Of a DNA stretch of 32,000 bases, positions 1 to 7,532 are shown piece after piece. The stretch is from Candidatus Saccharimonadota bacterium. GTDB taxonomy: Bacteria; Patescibacteriota; Gracilibacteria; UBA1369; 2-02-FULL-48-14. Below the pieces are notes generated by a model. The model worked only from the letters and a program-made list of their open reading frames with translations, was not told where the DNA came from and did not search any database. A program made the position numbers and the translations under genes. The DNA lies in the NCBI GenBank assembly GCA_041661045.1, contig JBAZVE010000001.1:330001-362000 (forward strand), in the 5' to 3' direction. The stretch's first letter is position 1. Every line of letters begins with the position of its first letter.

Positions 1-46
1 TGGGGGCTGTGCTTTGATAGATTGTTTATACCATTTCCCCGTCATT

Positions 47-820
47 ATGTCGCTAACTCAAAGGCTTAAACAAGGCTTTCTACGATTACCTTCCGCTAAG
101 AAGCTCATTTTGGTGTCCAGTTTCACCCTGGCGGTGAGCACGGTGATGCCTTGGTATGACCAAAGAAACAATTTTGGAGTCGGGGATACTTTCCTCGGGA
201 TTCAAGGACCTTTGTTTGCGGTTGGATTTCTTGTGCTGGGTTGCGCCTTGGTTAGTTTTTCGAATCTCTTTTTACCTTTAATGGGACGCCATTTCTTTGA
301 TTTGAAGCGACAAAGCGGATCTTTGGCCCTCTCCCTGGGAGGACTTTCTCTGCTTTTGATTTTAGTGGCCAATTCTGTGTTTTATCACCCTGAATTTGCA
401 GTGACCATCAACAATAAGGGCACTCGATTTGGAATGGTGGCGGCGTTCATCTCCATTGGAGCTCTGATGATTTCGGGCTGGTGGGTTCGTCGCAAAGAAA
501 AAGCCGGCGGCGGTATGGAGGACCGAGAGAATGAACTGGAAGATTTTATGGCAACTCCTGTGGCACCTGCGCCCATGCCAAGCTATTCGGTGCCCACTCC
601 CAGCTATGTTGTGCCTGTGCAAGATCGCATCCCTCAGCCTCAAGTTCAGCCTGCGCCTCAAGCTCAGGTGCCTGTGGATCCTTTGACTTTGGATGCCCGT
701 ACTCGCTACAAAATGATGAAATCTCAAGGTCACTACAGCTCTTCGGCCCGCAATAATTTGTGGGGCAGCGGCAGTGGCAGCGCGTTTGGACGACAAGCTC
801 GCATTGAAGAAGATCTCTAA
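47..820 (+). CDS. Hypothetical integral membrane protein with Pro/Gln-rich C-terminal half
   Basis: ORF track 14..820 begins at a TTG; the first ATG is at 47 (MSLTQRLKQG). Several hydrophobic helices occupy the first ~150 aa, followed by low complexity PVAPAPMPSYSVPTPSYVVP...PQPQVQPAPQAQVP. No family recognised. Confidence 0.55.
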   Translation: MSLTQRLKQGFLRLPSAKKLILVSSFTLAVSTVMPWYDQRNNFGVGDTFLGIQGPLFAVGFLVLGCALVSFSNLFLPLMGRHFFDLKRQSGSLALSLGGLSLLLILVANSVFYHPEFAVTINNKGTRFGMVAAFISIGALMISGWWVRRKEKAGGGMEDRENELEDFMATPVAPAPMPSYSVPTPSYVVPVQDRIPQPQVQPAPQAQVPVDPLTLDARTRYKMMKSQGHYSSSARNNLWGSGSGSAFGRQARIEEDL

Positions 821-832
821 TTCTAATTTTTC

Positions 833-1006
833 ATGAGTGTCCTGTTTTACTGTCGAGACTGCAAAAAGCTGGTGGCGGAGCCTGTTCGCAACGGCACAAA
901 ATATGAGTACAGTTGCCCGGAATGCAAGAGCGACCGTGTGGCCTTTGGAAGTCAAAAAGCCATTTGTGATTTCTTTCAAGTAACTCCTCCAAAGACCAAT
1001 GCTTGA
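833..1006 (+). CDS. Small zinc-ribbon protein, 57 aa (below the ORF-track size cutoff)
   Basis: Hand translation: MSVLFYCRDCKKLVAEPVRNGTKYEYSCPECKSDRVAFGSQKAICDFFQVTPPKTNA. Two CxxC pairs (CRDC, CPEC) are spaced as in a zinc ribbon. It starts 12 nt after the upstream stop, and its stop overlaps the next ATG (ATGCTTGA at 999-1006). Confidence 0.5.
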   Translation: MSVLFYCRDCKKLVAEPVRNGTKYEYSCPECKSDRVAFGSQKAICDFFQVTPPKTNA

Positions 1007-2129
1007 TCAAGTCGACTACTCCGTTCTCGACCGCGCCAAAAATGCCTTTATTGAGGCCAGCAAGAAGACGGCCGGGTTTGCGGCGGGTTTTGGGTCTATG
1101 GCGGGTGGTTTTGGCGGCAGCGCCAATGTGTTTGCGCTCGACTTGAAGGCCTTTGCCGGAGCAGAAACATTGTTTGTGTCGCTGCTTCCCGAGGGGCTTG
1201 GCACCGCGGATGACGCACGGCCCGACGATTTGAGCCCCGCGGAGCTGGTGCGGTTTTGGCGAAATATTGGCGGTAAAACGATGTCGACTTTAACAAATGA
1301 CGCGGCTTCTTCCGGGATGCAGACGGTTTTGATCTCTCTTTATTTGCCCTCGGCTCTGCCCGAGCGCGTGTTCACCACCGAATTTATGGAGGGCTTTTTG
1401 GATGGGTTTGTGGAAGGATGTCGAAAGGTCGGTTGTGTCTACTTTTCAGGAGAAACGCCGCAGCTCAAAGGGAAAATAGTGGACGGAGCTTTGGACATTG
1501 CCGGGGCGCTGTGGGGCGTGGTTCCTGCGGGACTTCAACCCGTGAATTCGAGCACCATGCGGGCCGGGGATTTGATTGTATTTGTGGAAAGCAGCGGACC
1601 TCATGAAAACGGGTTCACGGCTTTGCGTGACTTGGCGGGGAACTTGGAAGGCGGGTATCGAGCGAAACTCCCGAGCGGCATGGAATACTGGGAAGCGATC
1701 AACCAGCCCGGGCATTTGTACACTCCCTTTGTGCAGGCTGTTTTGAAGGCAGGTGTGCAGCCCTCCAATGTGGAGCCCATCACCGGTCACGGTTGGCAAA
1801 AACTGATGCGTCCGCACGGGGCTTTTAGATATAAGATCACGCAGATGCTTCCGGTCCCGGAGGTGTTTACCTTTGTTGAAGAAGCGAGTGGCATGACGAA
1901 GGAAGAGATGCTGAAGACCTTTAATTACGGCGTGGGCATGGCGGTGTTTGTGCACACTGCGGAGGAAGCGGCTCGCGTTGTTGAACTGGCGGGCGAACAA
2001 GGCTTGAAGGCGTGCGTGGCTGGTGCGGGGGAGGCGGCGGAGGGCGGTTCTGAGGGGGGGCGGCGAGAAGTGGTGGTGGAGCCCCTGGGAGTGGTCTTAA
2101 AGGGGGAGGGGTTTGAACTTGGAAAATAA
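999..2129 (+). CDS. purM: AIR synthase (PurM)-like protein, divergent
   Basis: The N-terminus VDYSVLDRAKNAFIEASKKT...GGFGGSANVFAL resembles PurM. It also has FSGETPQLKG, VESSGPHENGFTALR and ITGHGWQKL, which match the PurM/PurL superfamily motifs GGETAEMPG, SSGxHSNGxS and ITGGG. The C-terminal tail is Gly/Glu-rich. Confidence 0.6.
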   Translation: MLDQVDYSVLDRAKNAFIEASKKTAGFAAGFGSMAGGFGGSANVFALDLKAFAGAETLFVSLLPEGLGTADDARPDDLSPAELVRFWRNIGGKTMSTLTNDAASSGMQTVLISLYLPSALPERVFTTEFMEGFLDGFVEGCRKVGCVYFSGETPQLKGKIVDGALDIAGALWGVVPAGLQPVNSSTMRAGDLIVFVESSGPHENGFTALRDLAGNLEGGYRAKLPSGMEYWEAINQPGHLYTPFVQAVLKAGVQPSNVEPITGHGWQKLMRPHGAFRYKITQMLPVPEVFTFVEEASGMTKEEMLKTFNYGVGMAVFVHTAEEAARVVELAGEQGLKACVAGAGEAAEGGSEGGRREVVVEPLGVVLKGEGFELGK

Positions 2130-2130
2130 T

Positions 2131-2388
2131 ATGAATGTCGAACAAGAAATCACCGATCTAAAGGCTCGCAACCTACGAGTGGAGGCCGATAAGGCGTGGG
2201 AAACGAGTTGGACTCGGCGGCTCTTGATTGTGGCGCTCACCTACGGCGTGGTGGTTTTGTTTTTCTTTGCGGCTGACTTGCCGAATCCTTTTGTGAATGC
2301 CATTGTTCCAGTGATTGGATTTACTCTGTCGACCTTTAGTGTTTCTTTCATTAAAACATGGTGGATGCGTTCCAATTCAAAAAAATAG
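2131..2388 (+). CDS. Small two-TM membrane protein (hypothetical)
   Basis: ATG at 2131, 1 nt after the PurM-like stop. Short amphipathic N-terminus (EITDLKARNLRVEADKAWETSW) followed by two hydrophobic helices. Confidence 0.5.
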   Translation: MNVEQEITDLKARNLRVEADKAWETSWTRRLLIVALTYGVVVLFFFAADLPNPFVNAIVPVIGFTLSTFSVSFIKTWWMRSNSKK

Positions 2389-2831
2389 GCCGACTCAGCC
2401 CGACGGCCCAGGTTATTTTGATTTGTCTTTCGTTTGTGGGTCTGACGCTGCTTTCATATGAGAGCTATGTGCGCAGCGGCGAAGTGTTTGGCATGCCTTT
2501 TGCGGTGACGATGCTGTTTGCGCCCATCTTTGAGGAATTGATTTTTCGGGGGTGGATTTTAGGGGCACTGCGGCGGCGGTACTCTGTGACGCGAGCGATT
2601 GTGTTCTCTTCTCTCTTGTTTGGGCTGTGGCATTTCAAGAATATTTTTTATTTTGATTGGGGGGATTTAGCCTACCAGATGGTTTATGCGGCGGTGGTGG
2701 TGGGACCTCTGCTGGGTTGGGTGGCGATGAAGGTCAAAAGTGTTTGGCCGGGCGTGATTTTGCATTATTTAAATAATGTGGGCTCACTGGCGCTGATGAT
2801 GGTGAGTTTGGACTGGCGGGACTTGTTTTAA
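2358..2831 (+). CDS. CPBP family intramembrane metalloprotease (CAAX/Abi type)
   Basis: Signature motifs FEELIFRGW (EExxxR), FGLWH (FxxxH) and HYLNN (HxxxN) sit within hydrophobic helices. It overlaps the upstream ORF by 31 nt. Confidence 0.75.
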   Translation: MVDAFQFKKIGRLSPTAQVILICLSFVGLTLLSYESYVRSGEVFGMPFAVTMLFAPIFEELIFRGWILGALRRRYSVTRAIVFSSLLFGLWHFKNIFYFDWGDLAYQMVYAAVVVGPLLGWVAMKVKSVWPGVILHYLNNVGSLALMMVSLDWRDLF

Positions 2832-2953
2832 GGGGGTGATGAGGCTGTTGAGGGGACCTTGTGCTGGGTGGAAATGTTGTGGAATTCACTCTTAAGAGTA
2901 TGGTTTGCGAGTTTTGGAGGTTTTGTAAAGAGGGGGTGCGGTGATAAAAACTG

Positions 2954-2996
2954 TCAGGAAAATTTCAGGAAAATGTCAGAAAAAGAGTGCTAGGAT
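2954..2996 (+). promoter_or_regulatory. Three 11-bp-phased TCAGG boxes plus a -10-like TAGGAT upstream of dprA
   Basis: TCAGG at 2954-2958 and 2965-2969, TCAGA at 2976-2980, each followed by an A-rich spacer. TAGGAT at 2991-2996 lies 6 nt before the ATG at 3003. No -35 hexamer is visible. Confidence 0.5.
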
Positions 2997-3002
2997 GGGG
3001 GT

Positions 3003-3881
3003 ATGGAGATTGGAAAATTAGTGCTGGGGGAGCCGGGGTATCCGGGGCTGCTGAAGGAGATCTATGACCCTCCGCGGGTTCTTTATTACAGCGGGGATTT
3101 GGCGATTTTGGAGCGGCCGTGTGTGGCGATTGTGGGAACGCGGCGGATGAGCAGTTATGGAGAGGCGCAGGCTTTTCGGTTTGCGCGAGAACTGAGTGAG
3201 AGGGGTATTTGCGTGGTGAGCGGGCTGGCGTATGGAATCGATAAGGCGGCGCACGAGGGGGCGTTGATGGGTGGCGGGGGGCGAACAGGGACGACCGGGC
3301 TACGCCCGGGAGGCACGATTGCGGTGGTGGCGCAGGGGCTCACGGAACTGCAGCCGGCGGCGCATCGAGATTTGGCACGGCGAATTGTGGCGGCGGGCGG
3401 CTTACTGCTGAGCGAGAAGGCCGCCGGCGAAGAGAGTTTTAAAAGCGATTATTTGGTGAGGAATCGGATTATTGCGGGACTCTGCAAGGCCACGCTGGTG
3501 GTGGAAGCTCCGTTTAAATCCGGGGCCAGGAATACGGCGAAACATGCCTACGAAAATGGCCGCGATGTTCTGTGCATACCCGGACGCATCGGGGATGAAA
3601 ACAGCCAGGGAACCAATGCCCTGATTCAGGAAGGGGCGCGGCTGGTGGTGAGCCCGCAAGAAGTGGCGGAGGCTTTGGACCTCAAATGGCAAAACTTGGA
3701 GGTGAAACTGGAGGGCCTGGCGGGTGAGGTTTTTCGCGAGCTTAAAAAAATGCCGAAGTCGCCGGCGGAGTTGGGGGAACGGTTCCATAATATGACCGAG
3801 CTGTACGGAGTGCTGGGTGAGTTGGAATTGCGCGGGCTGGTGCGTTTTACAAAAGACCTGCGCTACGCGGCAGTGCTTTGA
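3003..3881 (+). CDS. dprA: DNA processing protein DprA (Smf)
   Basis: Rossmann-like core VAIVGTRRMSSYGE...VSGLAYGIDKAAHEGAL...IPG..GD..SQGTNALIQEGA, followed by a C-terminal winged-helix-like tail. Confidence 0.85.
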   Translation: MEIGKLVLGEPGYPGLLKEIYDPPRVLYYSGDLAILERPCVAIVGTRRMSSYGEAQAFRFARELSERGICVVSGLAYGIDKAAHEGALMGGGGRTGTTGLRPGGTIAVVAQGLTELQPAAHRDLARRIVAAGGLLLSEKAAGEESFKSDYLVRNRIIAGLCKATLVVEAPFKSGARNTAKHAYENGRDVLCIPGRIGDENSQGTNALIQEGARLVVSPQEVAEALDLKWQNLEVKLEGLAGEVFRELKKMPKSPAELGERFHNMTELYGVLGELELRGLVRFTKDLRYAAVL

Positions 3882-5569
3882 TCCGCCTCCGGGGCTGCCG
3901 TGATCTCCGGGGCCTCCGGGGCTGCCGTGCCGGTGACGCGTTCGATTTCACTCAAACGAGTGACTCCGCGGAGCACCTTGAGCGCACCGTCCTCCTGCAT
4001 GGTGAGCATGCCTTGGGCGCGGAGCAGTTCCATGAGCGCCGTGGTGGATTTCTCCTCCAAAATGGCGTCCTTGAGCTGAGGAGTGTTCACAAAGACCTCT
4101 GAGACACAAACCTGGCCCAAAAAGCCCGTATTGGAACATTTTTCACAACCGGGAGCGCTGGGGAGCGTGGCCGGAACGGAAAGTTGCAGGGAAGGGTCCA
4201 CTTTTTGAATTTGCCCGATGGTAGCCTGCAAGAAATCGCGCTCGGACTGGGTGATGGGCTTTTGCTCGGCGCAGAAACTGCAGATTTTGCGAACCAAGCG
4301 TTGGGCCAAAACCACGCTGAGCGCCGGGGCGATCATGAAGGGTTTGAGCCCAATGTTGAGCAGTCGCGGCACGGTTTCGATGGCGCTGTTGGTGTGCAAG
4401 GTGCTGAGCAAAATGTGTCCGGTGAGGGCGGCCTGAGCGGCGGTCTCGGCCGTGTCCAAGTCGCGGATTTCCCCGATCATCACAATGTCCGGGTCCTGAC
4501 GCAAAATGGCGCGAAGGCCTGAGGCGAAACTGTAGCCCCGTTTCTCGTTGATTTGACTCTGCGTCACCCCACTCAAATGGTATTCAATGGGATCTTCCAG
4601 GGTGATTATTTTGCTTTCCGGTTGATTGAACGCCGTGAGCATGGAATAGAGCGTGGTGGTTTTTCCGGATCCCGTTGGCCCCGTGACCAAAATCATTCCG
4701 TTTGAAATCTCAAGCGCCTGTTTGAGCATCTTGAGATTGTGGCCCTCAAAACCCAGCTCCTCAAGCGAGAGGCTTTTTTTGTTGGAATCTAAAAGTCGAC
4801 ATACAAAACTTTCGCCGTACTCGGTTGGAATGGAAGAAACACGGACATCGATTTTGCGATCGTTCACCGGGAAGTCGTAACGGCCGTCCTGCGGGACATT
4901 GGTGATGTTGAGTCGCATGCCCGCCTTGTATTTGAGCTGATTGCTGAGGTAAGCGTAGGTTTGCAGATCGAGTTCGAGCACTTGTTGAAGCACTCCGTCG
5001 ATTCGGAATCGCACCACCACCGCTTTTTCCTCGGGTTGATAGTGAATGTCGGAAGCGCCGGTTTTGAGAGCGCCGATGTTTAAAAAATTGAGAGCTTCCT
5101 CCGCCGTGACCGATTGAATTTTTTCTCGCAAGGCTCCCAGATTTTCCACTTCCGCCTGATACGATTCGATCTTGGCTTCATCAATGATGTTCTTTGTTTC
5201 AATGGGACTTGGGCCCTCGTTTTTGTAGAGCTTCAGTGCTTCCCGCAGTCCACTTTCACTGGCCAAATTGACATTGATGGCGTAACCCTCTTCCTTGAGT
5301 TTCTTGATGAGGGCCTGGGTCTCCGGGCTTGTGGGATGCGCCAAGGCGAGTCGCAGCTTTTTCCCCACTTTGAAGAAGGGGATCACCAAAGCCTCCGCGG
5401 CCTGCTTCCCGTCGATCGTTTTGAGGTGATCCGGGTTGATGTGTATCCGCGCAATGTCGATGTAGGTCATGCCCATTTTTTGGGCTCTTTCCTCCGCTGA
5501 TCGCTCCTCAAAATCACGGTTGATGACCGTGAGTTGGTTTTCGGAAGTGATGAAGGATTGGTCGCTCAT
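3863..5569 (-). CDS. pilB: Type IV pilus / type II secretion ATPase (PilB/GspE family)
   Basis: N-terminal T2SSE_N-like domain, Walker A VTGPTGSGKTTTLYS, Asp/His boxes (IMIGEIRD, LTGHILLSTLHTN) and a tetracysteine cluster CSFC...CEKC. Confidence 0.85.
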   Translation of the reverse strand: MSDQSFITSENQLTVINRDFEERSAEERAQKMGMTYIDIARIHINPDHLKTIDGKQAAEALVIPFFKVGKKLRLALAHPTSPETQALIKKLKEEGYAINVNLASESGLREALKLYKNEGPSPIETKNIIDEAKIESYQAEVENLGALREKIQSVTAEEALNFLNIGALKTGASDIHYQPEEKAVVVRFRIDGVLQQVLELDLQTYAYLSNQLKYKAGMRLNITNVPQDGRYDFPVNDRKIDVRVSSIPTEYGESFVCRLLDSNKKSLSLEELGFEGHNLKMLKQALEISNGMILVTGPTGSGKTTTLYSMLTAFNQPESKIITLEDPIEYHLSGVTQSQINEKRGYSFASGLRAILRQDPDIVMIGEIRDLDTAETAAQAALTGHILLSTLHTNSAIETVPRLLNIGLKPFMIAPALSVVLAQRLVRKICSFCAEQKPITQSERDFLQATIGQIQKVDPSLQLSVPATLPSAPGCEKCSNTGFLGQVCVSEVFVNTPQLKDAILEEKSTTALMELLRAQGMLTMQEDGALKVLRGVTRLSEIERVTGTAAPEAPEITAAPEADQSTAA

Positions 5570-5573
5570 AGCT

Positions 5574-5626
5574 CAGACGCATTGATTTAATCTGTTTATT
5601 ATAGCAGAAAATGCGTCTGTTTTGAA
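5574..5626 (-). promoter_or_regulatory. Putative pilB promoter (TTCAAA-17-TATAAT) bracketed by a 10-bp inverted repeat
   Basis: On the minus strand the -35 is the complement of 5621-5626 and the -10 TATAAT is the complement of 5598-5603. Inverted repeat CAGACGCATT (5574-5583) and AATGCGTCTG (5610-5619). Confidence 0.5.
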
Positions 5627-5646
5627 GGGCAAAAGCGAGCCATTGT

Positions 5647-6942
5647 TTAGGAGTGCTTCACGGCATCCACAATTTGCTGAGCTTCTTCCTTGGAAATGCC
5701 CTCCACTTGCATGAAGTCCTTGACCGAAAGTCCCACGAGCTGTGGCACCTGTTCGAGGTTCACGGCAACGAGTTTTTCCTTGATTTCGTCGGCAAGTTCC
5801 AATTCGGTCACCATTTTTACCACGACTTCTTTGGGTGCGGCGGCTTCGGTCGGAGCTCCCGCTGGAGCTTTGGATCTTTTGCCGCTGCCTGAAGTGCTGC
5901 TGGTGCTTGCGGGTTCGGTGGTGTCTAGAATGTCGATTTCCCAACCTGTGAGATGAGAAGCGAGACGAACATTTTGTCCACTTTTACCGATGGCGAGCGC
6001 CCGTTGATCTTGGGTCACAAAGACCTTTGCCAAGTGAGCGGCTTCATCGAGTTCTACTTTGGAAATTTTTGCGGGCTTCAGGGATTCGGCGATGTACTTT
6101 TGCGCGTCCTCGCTCCAAGGGATGATGTCGATGCGTTCTCCGGCGAGTTCGTGCGTTACATTTTGCACGCGTACTCCGTTTTGCCCCACACAGGCTCCGA
6201 TGGGATCCACTTGAGGATCGCTGGAGGCTACGGCCACCTTACAACGCACTCCGGGTTCGCGAGCCACTCCTTTGATCATGACGGTTCCCGCTTTCACTTC
6301 CGGAATTTCCAGTTCCATCAGCTTTTCTACGAGCTTTGGATGGGTTCGAGAAATGAGGAGCTGAGGCCCCTTGGTGGTTTTGATGACTTTATCGAGGTAG
6401 AGCTTGATGCGTTGACCTCCATAGTACTGCTCTGTTGGGATTTGTTCGCGCGCGGGCAAGAGTGCCGTGGTGCCTCCCAATTCTACATACACTTGATTGT
6501 TGTCCACACGGTGAATGAGTGCGTTGACCAACTCGTTTTCTCGGTCTTTGAAGAGCTCGTACATGTAATCGCGTTCCGCCTCTTGGATCCGTTGAATGAT
6601 GACTTGTTTGGCGGCTTGTGCGGCAATGCGGCCGTAAGACATTGGGGTCACTTCCATGCGAACCACTTCTTCAAGCTTGATGTTTTTGTTGAGTTTTCGC
6701 GCGTCTTCCAGAGTGATGTCGGAATCGGGGTCTTCGATTTTATCCACCACTTTTTTAACGATGAAAATCGTCACACTCTCGGTTTTTGGGTCGATTTCCA
6801 CTTCGATGTTCTGCTCCTTGTTTCCGTAATCTTTTCGGTACGCGGTGCGCAGGGCCGCCTTCACGATGTCCATGAGGATTTCCTCGGGAAGGTTCTTTTC
6901 GTTGCAGAGCTGACGGACGGCGGCCATAAATTGTTGATGCAT
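5647..6942 (-). CDS. nusA: Transcription termination/antitermination factor NusA
   Basis: N-terminal domain, S1 and two KH regions (IGACVGQNGVRVQNV, ALAIGKSGQNVRLA), plus a C-terminal helix-hairpin-helix-like extension. Confidence 0.9.
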   Translation of the reverse strand: MHQQFMAAVRQLCNEKNLPEEILMDIVKAALRTAYRKDYGNKEQNIEVEIDPKTESVTIFIVKKVVDKIEDPDSDITLEDARKLNKNIKLEEVVRMEVTPMSYGRIAAQAAKQVIIQRIQEAERDYMYELFKDRENELVNALIHRVDNNQVYVELGGTTALLPAREQIPTEQYYGGQRIKLYLDKVIKTTKGPQLLISRTHPKLVEKLMELEIPEVKAGTVMIKGVAREPGVRCKVAVASSDPQVDPIGACVGQNGVRVQNVTHELAGERIDIIPWSEDAQKYIAESLKPAKISKVELDEAAHLAKVFVTQDQRALAIGKSGQNVRLASHLTGWEIDILDTTEPASTSSTSGSGKRSKAPAGAPTEAAAPKEVVVKMVTELELADEIKEKLVAVNLEQVPQLVGLSVKDFMQVEGISKEEAQQIVDAVKHS

Positions 6943-7062
6943 AGTATTGTTGGTAAGGATGCCGCTTGCGCGGCCTTATCGCTTAGGCACTAAAGTGCCT
7001 GGTGCGGAAAAGCGGCAGGATAGAATCCTACAATGCTTATTTAATTGAATTGTAAGCTCATT

Positions 7063-7530
7063 TTACTGTTTTGCTCCGGTTTTCGCAAGTTCAAAAACGA
7101 TTTCTGCAGAGAAGCCGCGGGAGGCCAGGAATTGCGCTCGCTTTTGGTAGAGCTTTTCGAGTGGGACTTTGGTGAAGCGCTTTTGAGCCTGAGTAAGGGC
7201 TTGAGAGGCCAGGTCTCGCTCCGAGAGTTCCATGGCATTCCATGCTTCTTGAGTCGCTTTTACCGGGATGCCTTTTTGCTGCAGACGGGCGGCCAGTTTG
7301 AAGGGGCCTTGAGGTTTGGTGCGCGTTGAGGCTTCTATGGTGTTGCGGATGAAATTTTGGTCGTTGATGAGGCCGAGTTCCTCAAGTCTAGCCAAGACTT
7401 TTTCTGCGAGTTCCGGAGTTGCGATGGGCTTTTTTAAAATTTTTTCCCTGAGCTCACTGCCGGTGTGAGCCCTCCGAGCGAGAGCTCGGAGGGCGTATTC
7501 CATGAGTTTTCGGTAAATGGGGTCTTCCAT
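7063..7530 (-). CDS. recX: Recombination regulator RecX
   Basis: Starts 2 nt downstream of the recA stop. RecX-like helical repeats (YALRALARRAHTGSELREKI, VLARLEELGLINDQNF, LQQKGI). Confidence 0.75.
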   Translation of the reverse strand: MEDPIYRKLMEYALRALARRAHTGSELREKILKKPIATPELAEKVLARLEELGLINDQNFIRNTIEASTRTKPQGPFKLAARLQQKGIPVKATQEAWNAMELSERDLASQALTQAQKRFTKVPLEKLYQKRAQFLASRGFSAEIVFELAKTGAKQ

Positions 7531-7532
7531 AT

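Noticed and set aside
5953-6993. 346-aa plus-strand ORF, and similar long ORFs at 362-979, 8031-8579, 9157-9726, 10617-11213, 21852-22529 and 23059-23754
   Set aside because: Each lies antisense to a strongly recognisable conserved gene (nusA, recA, purQ, purL, the L,D-transpeptidase, the CNNM protein). Their products are H/F/R/C-rich with no motifs. These are typical shadow ORFs of moderately GC-rich coding DNA.
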